Positions 40,169 to 56,810 of a stretch of DNA of 64,000 nucleotides are shown piece by piece. The translations under genes and the position numbers were made by a program. The notes below the pieces were generated by a model. That model ran no database searches and was not told the DNA's origin. It saw nothing but the letters and a program-made list of their open reading frames with translations. The stretch is from the NCBI RefSeq assembly GCF_009914755.1, contig NC_060934.1. One strand, written 5' to 3'. Source of the stretch: the human T2T-CHM13v2.0 reference genome, Homo sapiens. Numbering within the stretch: position 1 is the first letter of the stretch; each line of letters begins with the position of its first letter.

Positions 40169-43100
40169 GCTGCTTAGTTGAGAACAATAAATGGACTCAA
40201 GAAAATAACGTGGAAGTTGTACACATCCTTCCATCTACTTACATTCCATTGGTAAGAACTTGTCCAAATGGTGAGGCTAAGACCTTGACATGGAGGAAGG
40301 AGTCCATTTAAAAGGGAAATTCAGGGAATGGTTTCTGGGGAAACACTGGCAATATCTGCCCTGATAGAGAAATGCTTTAAAGCTTTTGAAGGCATGCTCA
40401 AAGAAGTCAGAGGCCTTTTATCATAGAACAACTTGAAATTTTTATTTATGTATAATAATACTTTCTATATGTAAAAGAAACACATTTCTTGTTATATTTT
40501 GCAAACCCATGACTTACAATGAATTTGCCATTCACTTTCTGGAGACAATTAATTCCTCGGGGATATAATAAATATTCTTGCCCAAACGAAGAATGTGTTA
40601 CTTTGGAAGAGGTCATTAGCTTCTACAAAATGTAAGTAAGCTGATATCTTACTGGTTTATGGGACTTATCTTTGGGCTTTATTAAAATCCTGCATTTTTA
40701 ACTTGAAAAAGAAAAGGAAGACAGACATTGACTTACTGTCAAAATCAACAAGGTCTGGATGAAGGCCCCTTGAAAGTCTCATCCCTGTGAGCCGGTAAAC
40801 ATTTATATCTAATTTGAAATGAGATGCTTAATTACATAATTTCATTCCAATTAAGCTGCTAATTAATTGACAGGGCACCTTTGAGAGCTTTACACAGTGC
40901 AAGTAAAAGGCAACTACATCTTGAGTCTATTACCTATGACCGTTTGGGAGAGATCAGTAAATAACTATTTAAGAGGCTGGAGACAGAGTTTGCAAGAAGA
41001 GAAAACAAGAGGCTAGCCCTGGGAGATCCAGACTCAGGACCAGTCCTGGCCAAGACTCTTTTGAGCTTTTTTTTCAGTCTATTTCTTGAGTGAGTAATGA
41101 AAGGAAACAAAAGAAAAAAAATTCTCTTACTGAGCATTTACTACATGTATGTGCTAGGAAGCTGCAAATGAAAAATGTAAGATGCTAGACTATCTGCCCA
41201 GTTGTTGTTTTAAGTAACACTGTTGTTTGGGCATTAAGTAAGTAGTTTTGCTATCTCCCTGGTATTTAACTTAGCCAGGTCTTTCTTCTTGTTTTTCCAT
41301 CTCTGAGCTTTATTCTGGGGTCAAATTAAAGCTTATTTTGTGTACAGATCATCAATGTCTATTTAATCTCCCCAGAGGGTAGTAATGCTTTTGTTGATAG
41401 TGAAAACAATTCCAAATTGACATCAGTTTTTCAAAATAAAATGGATTATTTTACTACTTGCATACTGCAGCTTATTAGAGTAGAAACATATAACAATAAA
41501 CATCTATTCATACACACATGCATGATACTTCACTTGCCTGCACTGGAGAAGAAATTATTGGAATGTATCTTTTTCATCCAGTTTAATGCAGAAGCAGAAA
41601 CCTAGGGTGGACAAGCTGGTTGTCTCATTACTGAACATTACTGTTGACTCAAGAGTCTTTCCACATTACTTCAGAAATGCTCCAGGACTGCATTATCACA
41701 TCTTTACATCTCATCATTGGTTTTATTCTAAAAAATTAATGAAACAAGTTCGAGTTAGGTTTATCATTCAATCTAAAGAGTTTCGTGTAGTATATCACCC
41801 ACTATTATCGCCTAGTCCATAACTGGCATCATGCATCTTTTTAAAAATATTATTTGAATAGGTACGTTTCCTCACAGATATATCAACTATTGTGCATATC
41901 TCTAGTTCTGATTCTAGTTAATCAATATCAGCAGAAAGCTTATCATTTCATGTCTAAGTGTCTGTGTGGGCATGAAATTGTTAGGAATTGTTTTAGTGAA
42001 TAACTGATTCAAAAATTCATTGCTTAAAAACAAGATTTTTTTTTACAGAAGCATTCAGAACTCCAAAGAGATTATAACTCACAGAGAATTATTTTAAAAA
42101 GCAGATAATATCTTATTCCTTTTTTCCACACATCTCCACATACCAACTTAAATCTTCACCAGTAAAGAGGAATCCAGGGGAAATCATAAGAGAAGCATCT
42201 TTGCTATCCTCGCTGAAGTGAGAGACAGTGAACTTTTCCTTTGCTCATACTCAGTGCCTAGAATCACCTAGGAAAGCCCCTTCCCATGGGAACTCAGCAG
42301 CCATGAGCAAGCTGCCCTTACAGGCTCCATCCTGGTCACTGACAGGTTACTCCGGCTGTGACCACTGAGGTCCACTTCCACTAATGCCTCAGAATTTTAA
42401 CCTGAGCCTGACAAATTTGCAGGGTATGTGGGCACACATTACTGTATATTGCAGCTGGAATGCAAACAAAGTGGACCTTAATGGCAATTAAATCCCAACC
42501 CCTCATTGTACAGATGAGGACCTTTAAATGCAGATAGGTGACAAGCAAATATTTGGTTGTGGTCAATGTTAATGTTGAATTGATTACTTAATCAAAAATC
42601 ACGAGATTGATCCATATTTAGACAAACATCTATGGGCTTACACACCGATGGAATTTACACCTTATGTATCTGTATACATTATAGACTTTCTGGACATTCA
42701 AATCCCTTTCGTAGAAGATTCTGAGGCTTTGAGATACTGGACTCTGGTCTGGTAAGACTTGTTTCTCTCCACATGGTACCGCCAGCTGTAACACAGGGAA
42801 TCCCACTTAGGAGCATATGCAGGGAAAATGATCATCACTTTGCCAAGCCCTGTTTTATCCTTACTTCCTGGCATCAAAGCTATCTTACCTGATCTTACTT
42901 TCCACTAGAATAGAGCCCAATCTAGGCCATCACCCAAAAACTGGAGGAGACTTTTTGGTAGATACTTGTAATTGAGTTTATTTTCATATATTTAGTTTAA
43001 TGCAAAATATAAATTAATGAATAAAATAAAATATTCAGAATGTCTTTTTTTAAGCCAAGATGATAAGCATTCCTTAGAATGTATGTGATGGAGTAATATG

Positions 43101-43800
43101 ACACATGTGGACTAGAATATTACTGAGGCCGCCAACAGAGATGGCAACACTAACAAAAGTATGGCTTAACATTCCTAAAGCTTTGATTTGTTGCCTTCTT
43201 GAGAGGAGGTAGTTTTAATTCGCTTCTTATATGCCATTAAGGCATCGTTGCCTCTGGATATTTATGTTTACTTATCAGTTTATGATAGCTATTGATTTTT
43301 AACAGTTATTTTAAATCTCTTGAAGAAACACATGCAAAGATATTTTCAAAATTCATAGTTTGCTGTTAATCACTTATGTCCTGAAACTATTGCTAAGCAA
43401 AAGTTTTCATTATTTGTTCTTTGAGGGAGTATAAATTTAATTTAGAGTGAGAAGGATAAAACCCAGGATTCGTCACCATCATTTCAAACCAGATACTGTG
43501 ATTTTTTTTGCGGGGAAGAGGTTGAGAGAGGCTTCCTGGTTTGCTCCTTTGTTGATTTTCTTACATATTTGACAGTGTCAACATTGAGGCTCACCAGATC
43601 ACTGCCAAAGCCCATTGTGAAGAGTGGCTGGGCCAGTGTTTTAATTTTGGTATATATTGAAAGGATCGTATTCTATAATTGACTATGTTTTACTTAGATG
43701 GCATTACTGAATGTACATTTTCAGAATTTATTTTGAAGACTGACATCATAGAAGAAGCTCATCTAGAATACTATGTTCAAGCCTTTGAAATACTCAAAGA

Positions 43801-44880
43801 ACTCTATAGATTCAGTGTAATCCCTATCAAAATACCAATGACAGTCTTCACAGAAATAGAAAAAAAAAACGTAAAATGTATATGGAACCACAAAAGAGAA
43901 TAGCTAAAGCTATCCTAAGGAAAACAAAACTGAAGGAATCATATTTCCTGACTTCAAATTATACTACAGAGGTTTAGTAACCAAAACAGCATGGTACTGG
44001 CATACAAAAAGACACAGACATCAAAGGAACAGAATAGAGAGCCCAGAAACAAATACACACACCTACAGTATACTCATTTTTAACAAAGGTACCAAGAACA
44101 TACACTGTAGAAAAGACAGTCACTTCAATAAGTGGTGCTGGGCAAATTGGATATATGCAGAAGAAGGAAACTAGACCCCTATCTATCACCATATACAAAC
44201 ATCAAATCAAAATGGATTAAAAAGTTAAACCTAAGACCTCAAACTATGAAAGTACTACAAGAAAGCATTGCGGAAAATATCTAGAACATTGGTCTAGGCA
44301 AAGATTTTTTGAGCAGTACCCCAGCATAAGCAACCAAAGCAAATGGACAAATGAGATCACAAATTGAAAAGCTACTGCATAACAAAGGATACAGTCAACA
44401 AAGTGGAGAGATAACCCACAGAACGGGAGAAAATAGTTGCAAACTACTCATCTGACAAGGAATCGATAACCAGAATATATAAGGAGCTCAAACAACTCTA
44501 TAGGAAAAAATATCTAATAATCTGGTCAAAAAATAGGCAAAAGATTTGAATAAACATCTCTCAAAAAAAGACCTACAAATGGCAAACACCTATATGAAAA
44601 GGTGCTCAACATCATTGATCATCAAAGAAGTGCACATTAAAACTACAATGAGATAGAAGGTGGTGTACCAGAGGCTGGGAAGGGTAGCGGGAGGCTATGG
44701 GAGAGGTGAGGGTGGTTAATGGGTACCAAAGCAAATAGATAGAATGAGTAAGAGCTACAATTTGATAGCACAATAGGGTGACTATAGTCAATAATTACTT
44801 TATTGCAAATTTTAAAATAACTGAAAAATGCAATTGGATTTTTTGTAGCTCAAGAATAAAATTAAAGAACATGGAGAAGG
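43801..44880 (+). mobile_element. 5'-truncated L1MA-type LINE-1 with an internal deletion near 44655
   Basis: [23 protein letters not shown]2 motif; L1MA 3' UTR (gatagcacaatagggtgactatagtcaataat). Confidence 0.9.
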
Positions 44881-45003
44881 GCAAAAAAAACTAAAAACAA
44901 AAATTAAAAATTTTAAAAAGCCATGAAATAATTAAGTAAACTGGATATTCACATAATGAAATGGCTACTTTTGAAAACGGTTTAATTTTATATAAATATA
45001 AAA

Positions 45004-45131
45004 GGTAGCCTCCCACTTCCCTTCCCAGCCTCTGGTAACTCTCCTTTTACTCTCTGTGTCCTTGAGTTCTGTTTTGATTTTTAAATCCCACAAACAAATG
45101 AGAATATGCCATGCTTGTCTTTCTGTGCCTG
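45004..45131 (-). mobile_element. L1MA 3' UTR fragment, inverted relative to the adjacent L1
   Basis: Reverse complement reads caggcacagaaagacaagc...ttaccagaggctgggaaggg. Confidence 0.8.
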
Positions 45132-45274
45132 AATAGTTTTGAATAACTCTATGAGAAAATAAATCAGAGATTTTACCAAAATAATAGAGTTAAACATAAG
45201 ATTTTTCAAAATTTTGTCTCTTTTCTAGTTTCCTTAATAAATGTGTGTGTTGTTATATATATTAAGAAATTTTA

Positions 45275-46160
<886 letters not shown>

Positions 46161-46584
46161 TAATACCATTAAAAAATTTATTACTTTCTAAGCAGGAAAA
46201 AAAAAATTCAAATTTAGGACAGTCCCATAATAAGAATTAATTTATTTTAACAAATAAAGTTATGGCTTTTGTTTTAAATTGAAATAGATAATTTAAGTAC
46301 TTTCTCTTAATTATTTTATAAAATGTATGGTGTTTTAACATATGCAAAGTTGATATCAATTCTATTTTCTTAATCTCTCAAAGTTGCCACATTGCTATAG
46401 AAATAACTGTAAAAACATGTGATTTTTCCTTCCACTTGTATCTGAACAGCATTTACTCATTTAATCCAAAAGCTGAAGAGATGAAAAATTGGGAGATAGT
46501 GGTTTCACTGTTCACAGACAAGCTTTCCCACTGGCTCTGTGACCTCAAACAAATTGGTTTACTCCTCTGTGCCTCTGGGCCAGT

Positions 46585-46990
46585 GAGGAAGCTTTCAGCT
46601 GCCAACTAGGGAAGAAACTCCTGAGAATGCCTTCAGCAAGAGCGCAGCCAAGGCAGAGTAGCTCCAGGGCTGGTTAATTCAGTGACTCAAGGACAGTATC
46701 TAAGATCTAAGGTTTCCTCCCAACTGTATTTCCTGCATTCCTCCGTATCTGTTTTCTTCTCATTTTTCCCCTCATGCACACATGTTGGCCCAGGCATTAC
46801 CCACAGATATAACTCTAGTAGAGACAGGAATGAATATGTCTTTTCTGTTGTATGCTTCGTAAGACTGAGAATCTCCTTCCTACAACTCCCCACCTCAGGA
46901 TCTCCCTGACGTGGCACTATTCAGAACTGGGTCACATGTCACCCCCAGTCACTGCCAAGAATAGTGAGATTGCTTTGCTTGGTTAAAGCA
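46585..46990 (-). mobile_element. MLT1-family LTR remnant
   Basis: ctttcagctgcc...ggttaattcagtgactcaag...gaactgggtcacatgtcaccc. Confidence 0.55.
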
Positions 46991-48564
46991 GGATGAGCTT
47001 GTTAGAGTGGTTAGATTAATCAGGATTTGTCTCCGAGGTGGAGAAGGTTTCTTCTGTCTAGGTTGGACAGTTTAGCAACATTTACTTTAGGATTGAATTG
47101 ACTTGAGTAACAATGCACAACATCTGCTGAATCCTTAATTTTTTTAGTCTATAAAATAGGGCAAAGTTCAGTTTTATCTAGGTCACAGAATTTTTAAAGG
47201 ATAAAATGATATAATGTCAGCTCAGGCAGTTCAAGCAAGCCTATGACTCTCAAATGAACAGTGGTGCTTTCATGATAAGTCTAAGAATCCTTGGCCAATT
47301 ATGTATAAATGCAACCCTAGTCTCTCCTTCATCTCCTTTCCCACTGTTCAGCCATGGCTTTCAGAGTTCATCATTTATTTCTACATTGACAGCTACCCCA
47401 ATCCCCATTCCAAATTCACATGATGATAAAATGTACAAACTAGATGACTTCCAATCTTCTTATTTTCTTAACAAGTTTGCAGGAGCCATTAATAATGTAG
47501 AGCAAAATGCAGTCTCAGGTGTGTATACCACCAAGATGTAACTTACAAAGGTAACTCTACAAGAGGGAACTTCATTCCATGTTGTAAAACTACCATGTAT
47601 TCCTTCTGTGTAAGTGGGCACAGGGAGAACTCAAAGTGTTTATGGCTTAGCATGCATGCTTTCTTACCAAACACTGTTCTTGTCCCTTGTTGTGGCCATT
47701 CTGAGTTCTTTTATGCAAATGTGACCCACTAAGAAGGATTGATTTGTGCTCAGGCCTCAGCCAATGCCCATTTTCTTATGCCCTGGGATTTGTTTCCTAG
47801 CTGCCTCTGGCCCTGCGGTTGAGGGTTCTTGCCAATTCGATTCTAATACATGAACACTTTCCTTTCATTCTCTCTTTCTGATTTCCCTTTGCATTTATCT
47901 GCTCCCATCAATGCAAAATACTGAATGGTTCAAATTGATTTTCCTTCTCAAAACAGGAAAGGTCTGTTTTTCAAACTTCCGTACTTCCTAAGGAAATGTC
48001 TCTGATCAATATGTGTAAGAATTAAGGGGAAACGCCAGACTCCCCCTTCTGATTGTCAGTAACTCAGTGCAACCCGTTTACCTCTTAGGATTCTTCCCAG
48101 CAGAAAACGCTAACAATTGCAATTATCACCATTATGCAGTATGTTCAATTGTACAATCAATGTAATTGCCAAATGGAAATTATACAATAAATATAATTGC
48201 TGCTTTACTCCTGTGCAGTATTTCAGTGGCACTTCACATTTATTTTGTCCTTTAATTAGTAACAGGTATAATTGCAGCACTACACTCAGAGCTGAAGCTG
48301 AATAATTTGTGGGAGTGGGCATAGGGTACAGATATTGAAAGAGGGCTGCTGTGGTTCATTCTTTGCTGGAATTATCTAAAGATATCCACCTATTGTCTAA
48401 AACCCACCTAACAGCCCTAAATTGAGCTGACCTGTGGACACATTTGGTGTAAACTCCAGGTAAAAAAATTCCCTGCAGTTCCTGAGGCACATGACTTTGC
48501 CATCCCTGCTCTTGACTTCCTGCATCCCATTGTCCCTATTATTTGTCTATCTAGATGAATGTAT

Positions 48565-50450
<1,886 letters not shown>

Positions 50451-51482
50451 TGACAGTAGGAGGACTGCTGCTGCCTCCCCGTAGTTCGTGATCTAGAGGA
50501 GAGAGACTCATTGTACACAGCTCCCTACATGAGTCAGACAGTGGTCTGAGCAGACAGCAACAACTGCTGTGAGAGGGCACCGGTGGGAGGACTCTGCCTA
50601 CCAAAGTTTGACAGTGCAGGTGGCATCTGACTTTGGCGTTGAATAATAGATATTATTATCCTGTTATTTGACTTAGACATCAACAGGTATAAGGGCATTT
50701 CCTCTAGAAGGCCGCTTGCGAAAGACCTCGTATCAAGAAAGGCTAAGGAAGACATATAGGTTGATCTCTTTTTCCACAGAACCCTCTCAGGCATCAGTGC
50801 TTTTTCAAAGCCCTGTTCTCCTTTGAAAACTTCCTCTCTCCCTTTCCTTGGCTATTTTCTAATTATCTTGCAAGGCTAAGTTGAAGTGTTCCTCTTCCAG
50901 AAAACCTTCCCAGGGCCTACCCCCAAACCCCTTATCAATTTGAGTTAGATTCCTTCCTAGATGTAGGTGGAGCAAAAAGATAGTGGCCTCTATTTTTTGG
51001 ATGTGTTGGCATGAGTGTTGGCTTTATCCATCTGGTAGAACAAGAAGCGTCCATGGTGGTAGCCACTCAAGAGCTCAGGCAAAATGGTATTCTGAGCCCC
51101 AGAGGGCTAGATTGAAGGCTGCCAAAAGAGAACAGTGTTTGCAATCTTGGAAAAAATCCTTGTTCATGTTTCCATGGACACGTGCAGTTGAGTCCAGCTT
51201 TGCACTTCACTTTGGTCAAAGAGTATTTTGATGTGTATCATGAAATAAACATACAAATAATAAAAATCATAAACAAAACTCTCAGCATATGGGTCAGAAA
51301 TCCTACTCAGTTTGTCATTTATGGTGGGACTCAAGTACTATCAGCACCAACTCCACAGCCCAGGGATGAACTTTGTTGTGGTGTCTGATAGGAAAGTTCA
51401 ATCGAACAAGCTCCCCCCACCATATCTCTATAAAACAGTCTTATGCTATGCTATGGAAAAGGTTTCAGTTATTTGTCTGAAT

Positions 51483-51982
51483 ATGGTGGGAGGATAATAT
51501 CACCTGCACCACAGATACCCATGCCCCAACCCCCAGAACATGTGAATATGTTATTTGACATGGCAAGAGGGAATTAAGTTTGTGGATGGAATTAAGGTTG
51601 CTAATCAGTTGACATTGAAATGGGGAGATTATCCTGCACTACCTGGGTAAAATTAATGTAATTACAAGGGCTCGTATAAGTAAACCAGAGAGGCAAGAAA
51701 GTCAGTGTCAGAGGGACACAGCATGAAAAGGACTCGACTGGCCATTTCTGGCTCTGAAGACAGAAGGTGGCTGCAGATGAAGGAATGTAGGCAAGAAAAG
51801 GCAAGAAAATAGATACATCCCCTGCAGTCTCCAAACGGAGCACAGCTCTGCTGATATTTTGATTTTAGTCCAATGAGACTAGTTTCAGATGTCTGACCTG
51901 CAGGACTGCTTTTTTGTGTGTGCTGTTTTAAGCCATAAATTTTGTGAACATTTGTTGCAGCAGCAATAGTAAACTAATATCC
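51483..51982 (+). mobile_element. MLT1D/E-like MaLR solo LTR
   Basis: cccagaacatgtgaatatgtta...ggaattaaggttgctaatcagttgac...gcagcaatagtaaactaata. Confidence 0.85.
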
Positions 51983-54614
51983 AGTGTGATGTACCTCTGT
52001 GCCTGAATCTGAGACTCCATCTAAAACCCGTGCACAGTCACAGTGTATAAATGGGTGACAAGATGAAAACATGGCGGGATTCATAAGCAAAATGCTGTGC
52101 CTCAGAACAGTGCCCTTTCAGTAAGGGGATACTAAATAGATGACAGTTTTTAAACAGAACCCCTCAGAACTTCAGTTTCCTCAGCCTGACATTTGGGGTA
52201 GTAACACATTTCTACATTAGAAGGAGATGTAAGTAAGATAATGTGCTATGAATGGTTTTGTAAACATTTATAAATTTCCTTGTAAGATCTCTGCGATGAT
52301 TCTAATACTCTTTTGAAGCACTAGAAAGTACACTGGCCTGAGAAATGCAAGAGCTGGGTTCAGGTCTCACTTTCAATGCCTGTGGCATTCATTACACAAC
52401 CCAATTTATCTTTCTGAAGACTCCATTTGCTCATCACTAAAATATGGATAAAAAGATTTAGTCAACTATGCTAAAAGGTAATAATAAAAGTAAATGCACT
52501 TTTATTTATTTCCACTGTGTGTGCAAATAATTATTAATAAAATATGTCACCATACTTACTTCTCATTCTTGGTCAATAAAACAATATCCACAATTCCAGC
52601 TCTCACTGTACAAGGTCTCTACATGAGCTACAGTGAGTGAGTGAGTGAGTGATAAGGAAGAGGGTGAATGGCAGGTGCAGGAATGCCCATATAATTGGTG
52701 AGCTCTTTCTCCAGCCACTGTGTCCAGGATCTATGCTCAGATCTTAAGACAATCCCTGTAGTCCTCGGTAGAAAGCCTCTTAGGAATCACTCTTTCATAT
52801 TTAGATTTATTCCTGGGAAACTTAAAGCTACCTCAAACCCAGTTCTTTTGCTCAGAGTTCTCAACACAATTCTCTGAGTTGTCTAGTGAGTAGAAATAGA
52901 AGCCAGAGGTTCATGGAAGTCCATAAACGCAGTGTACATGTTAAGCGTTTAAGAAAATGCTGTCCGTCTTGAAAGCAGATCAGGAATCTAAGAGTCAGGG
53001 TCATTCTCTGTGACTGCAGTCAAGATGAGAGCAACCAACTGGCCCTCACAGGAAGTTTTGGGAGGCAGAAACTTCATTGATTCATCTACCTTCAGAATTT
53101 CACATAGCACCAGGCACATAGCAAGTGAATGAATGTTTTATTTAAAGGAAATCTGCTCTTTTGAACAATATAAGTCTTATTTTTTTCAAAGAGATGTGTG
53201 TTATCAAGGAACTTGATATGCCCAGAGGTTAAACTTAGTTTTCTGACTGCCATTTCTATAGTACAAAGGCTCCAGGGTGCTTTCTGTATGGATTAGATGT
53301 TAGGCACACAACTCTCCCAAACAAAACTAAAAATTGTTCCACAAATGTGGAAAGTATAGAAAATTAAGTAATATATGCAAAGTGATGAGAATGGTACACA
53401 GAAAAGAGTGCAATGTGTTTGTATTATGCTATGTGATCTGGCATAGGTTCAATTATATTTTCATTGATAATTTTCCTATAAATCCATGCTTTGGAAAATG
53501 ACCTGTCTTTGTTTTCCCTAAAGGTAATGTTATGCCTGTATTTGTGTATCTTATCCTAGATAAACAACACCAGATGTTGAAAGAGCATAGGAAGGACCAT
53601 GTGATATTTATCTTAAGATAATACTAGAAGAAGTGAGGCTATTCTAGAACTTAATTGATTCCTGATAAATCTGAGAAACAAAAATTTTGAGTCCTTAAGC
53701 TATTCATGATTTCCATTTAAGAAAAATTTGTCTCTATTTTCTTATTTCCCAAATATGTTAATTATTGTAAACCAAATAGAAGCAATAACTGAATTCTTCA
53801 TTAATAAAGCTGCTTTGTTTAAATGGCTGTCGACATCTTATATTATTATATAGAATATTATGGTGACATAGTCTTATCAAAAAAGAGAACATTTAATCAC
53901 AAATTTGTAAAGCAACTGGATTTTGAAAATCCATGAACATTTTGTACACAATAGTTGATGTTACCTTATGAAAAATAAAACCTTACATGGTTGTTCCATT
54001 AAAAGCCCCTGCTTCTAATACATAGCTATTATTTTATTTTCATTAAAAAATATGGGGACGGAAACACTGAAAATATCACTTGAAGATAGGCACAGCCTGT
54101 CTGGTTTCTTTTATGGTTTTTCAGATTCCAAACGGAAGAAAAAGATATATAAACACTACTTCCTTGGGTGGCAGATCAAATAAAGGACAGTTTTGTTTTT
54201 GTTTTGTTTTGTTTTGTTATTCTTGCAAAAGCTCTTAGTGAGGTAGAACAAAATAAAAGATGGTTTAAAACAAGAGAATCACATTTATATTGCTTGGCTG
54301 TCTTATTTGTAGGAAAGAAGATAAATTCTTTACAGATAGGTAACAGCACTACCCGGTGCTGACTATTTGAGTGGGATATATTTCCAGTTCATTAAAATAA
54401 GCAAAGGTGATTTAAAAACCTTCAACTTCTTGTACAGTCACACTTATCAACCTAGGTTAATTGGGAGAAAGGCCATATTTCTCTCTGAGGTTTAAAAAAG
54501 TGTTGTTTCATTCATTTATTCGCTCACTCATTCATTCACCCCCTCTTCAAATTCATAAAACATCAGTTCGTGCAAGGCTATGATTCTAACTAACGTACTG
54601 AAAATAACTTAAGG

Positions 54615-55118
<504 letters not shown>

Positions 55119-55766
55119 CTAAGAGTATATACTAATTATTTAATTCATTAATCAATTTGTTCATTTTTATTGCCTATTATGATGTATAATTCCAAGTTTC
55201 TCAAACCTAAACCAAAAATATGAAGCAAATTTGTAGTGCAACCTGGAAGCTTCTCTCCCTGCACTCTAATTCTGATATGTTGGTGCAGCTCTGCTTAGTT
55301 CAAACATGTTCTGGGAGCTGAGGTATTTAATATAGTTCATGCTTTAAATACCAGATAGGTTGGGAAACACTTTCATTTGAAAATTTATGTGAATATATAA
55401 ACTGATCTGTTAATACACCAATTTATTTATGCAAATGTGTATTTGTGGCCCTTAAAGTCAATTTTCTTAAATAGAAATAGTTTTAGGCAGTTTATGTAAA
55501 ACGTTGATTTTCTCATCCATTTGCACTTACATTAACTTCTGTATGGTGACACAATAAAGATAGCTATTTGTTACTTGGTAGGTTAGCACCTGTCATCAAT
55601 ATTTGGAGCACTGCCTATAAAACCAGACTTAGATAAGGGTCAAGGAAGCTATCTACACTTGGTGCCTACAATATTAAGTTTTTCTGTATCAATCTAATTT
55701 CCAGATTACATTTCTTTTTTTTTCATACAGTTTAACGTCTGATGCCCGCTATCTGTGTTATTGAGA

Positions 55767-55767
<1 letters not shown>

Positions 55768-55814
<47 letters not shown>
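55768..55814. repeat. (GT)n microsatellite
   Basis: ~23 GT units. Confidence 0.95.
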
Positions 55815-55815
<1 letters not shown>

Positions 55816-56810
55816 GCCAGGAAGTAGAAGAAAGGACTATATTCGTATCAGAGCACTTAGGACATCACTGTGGAGATTGGTTTATTCCTTCAGCCTCAGT
55901 ATCCTTATCCGAAAAATGTACATAATTACACATAGGGTTGTCATAAGGGTTAAAGTCACTCTTTTTCAACAAATTTTTATTGAGCACCTCCTTAATATCA
56001 GACACTATTCTAAGTACTGGAAATACAACAGTGAACAAAACAAAATATTGCATAAATGACAATGTGCATTCTTAGCATTGTGCTAATAAATTAATCTTCA
56101 ATTATTAGTGCAATTGGTGGTGTTGTTGAGGTAGTGGTTGGTAGCAGTAGTAGTAGCAGCAGCAGTGGTTCAGTAATACTTACTGACTCCTGTACCAGAC
56201 TGGATATTTCCTGACACACTGATATGAACTCCTAATAAATAGTGCCTACTAAATACCTGGCATGGAGAAGAGATGCACATATTTGTTGAATTGAAGCATT
56301 GACTATATGTTTTCATGCATATTTTTGTAATTAACAAATGAAAGAAAGGCAGAAAGAGGACTAGGATGAGGACCATGTGATGGAATTACTCAGCCTGCTT
56401 ATTTCTCACAAGGAATGAGGGGATAGGGATATAGGAGGAGATTGGTGGCATCGATGTCTAATATTATTTGGCAAATAAATCAATGATGGGTTCTAACTCT
56501 ATCTTTACAACAAACCTATGACGCAAGAGGAAGAGAGAAAGTAAGTCGCATGCCCGAAGTCAAGCAGCTAGTACTGCAATGAATTCAGAAAAGAATCAGG
56601 CCTGTTACTCTCCGAAGGCCTTTCTCTTTCTTTATCCTCTGAAGTAAAGCTGAGGACTGCTTTTTGGGTGAACTAACACTTAGGAGTTGAGGGTTTCAGA
56701 AAAAGGGCTTGCAATGTCATGTCCTATTGCCACTGAAGAAGAAAAAGGCACACCAACTTCACACTCAGCTACTCCAAGTTCAGTTTCAATTAAACATAAA
56801 GAGACAGCTG

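Larger units (their letters stand above)
39450..40345 (-). mobile_element. MLT1-family LTR interrupted by MER20 and by an inverted Charlie/flank copy
   Basis: tcagctgctgtaacaaat...aaacaagata and ggaagttgtacacatcc...cattccattggtaagaactt MLT1 motifs. Confidence 0.55.

Noticed and set aside
43679-43903. 74-aa ORF with an apparent acceptor (ttttacttag) near 43698
   Set aside because: The C-terminal half is L1 ORF2, the N-terminal half is not recognisable, and I found no matching donor.
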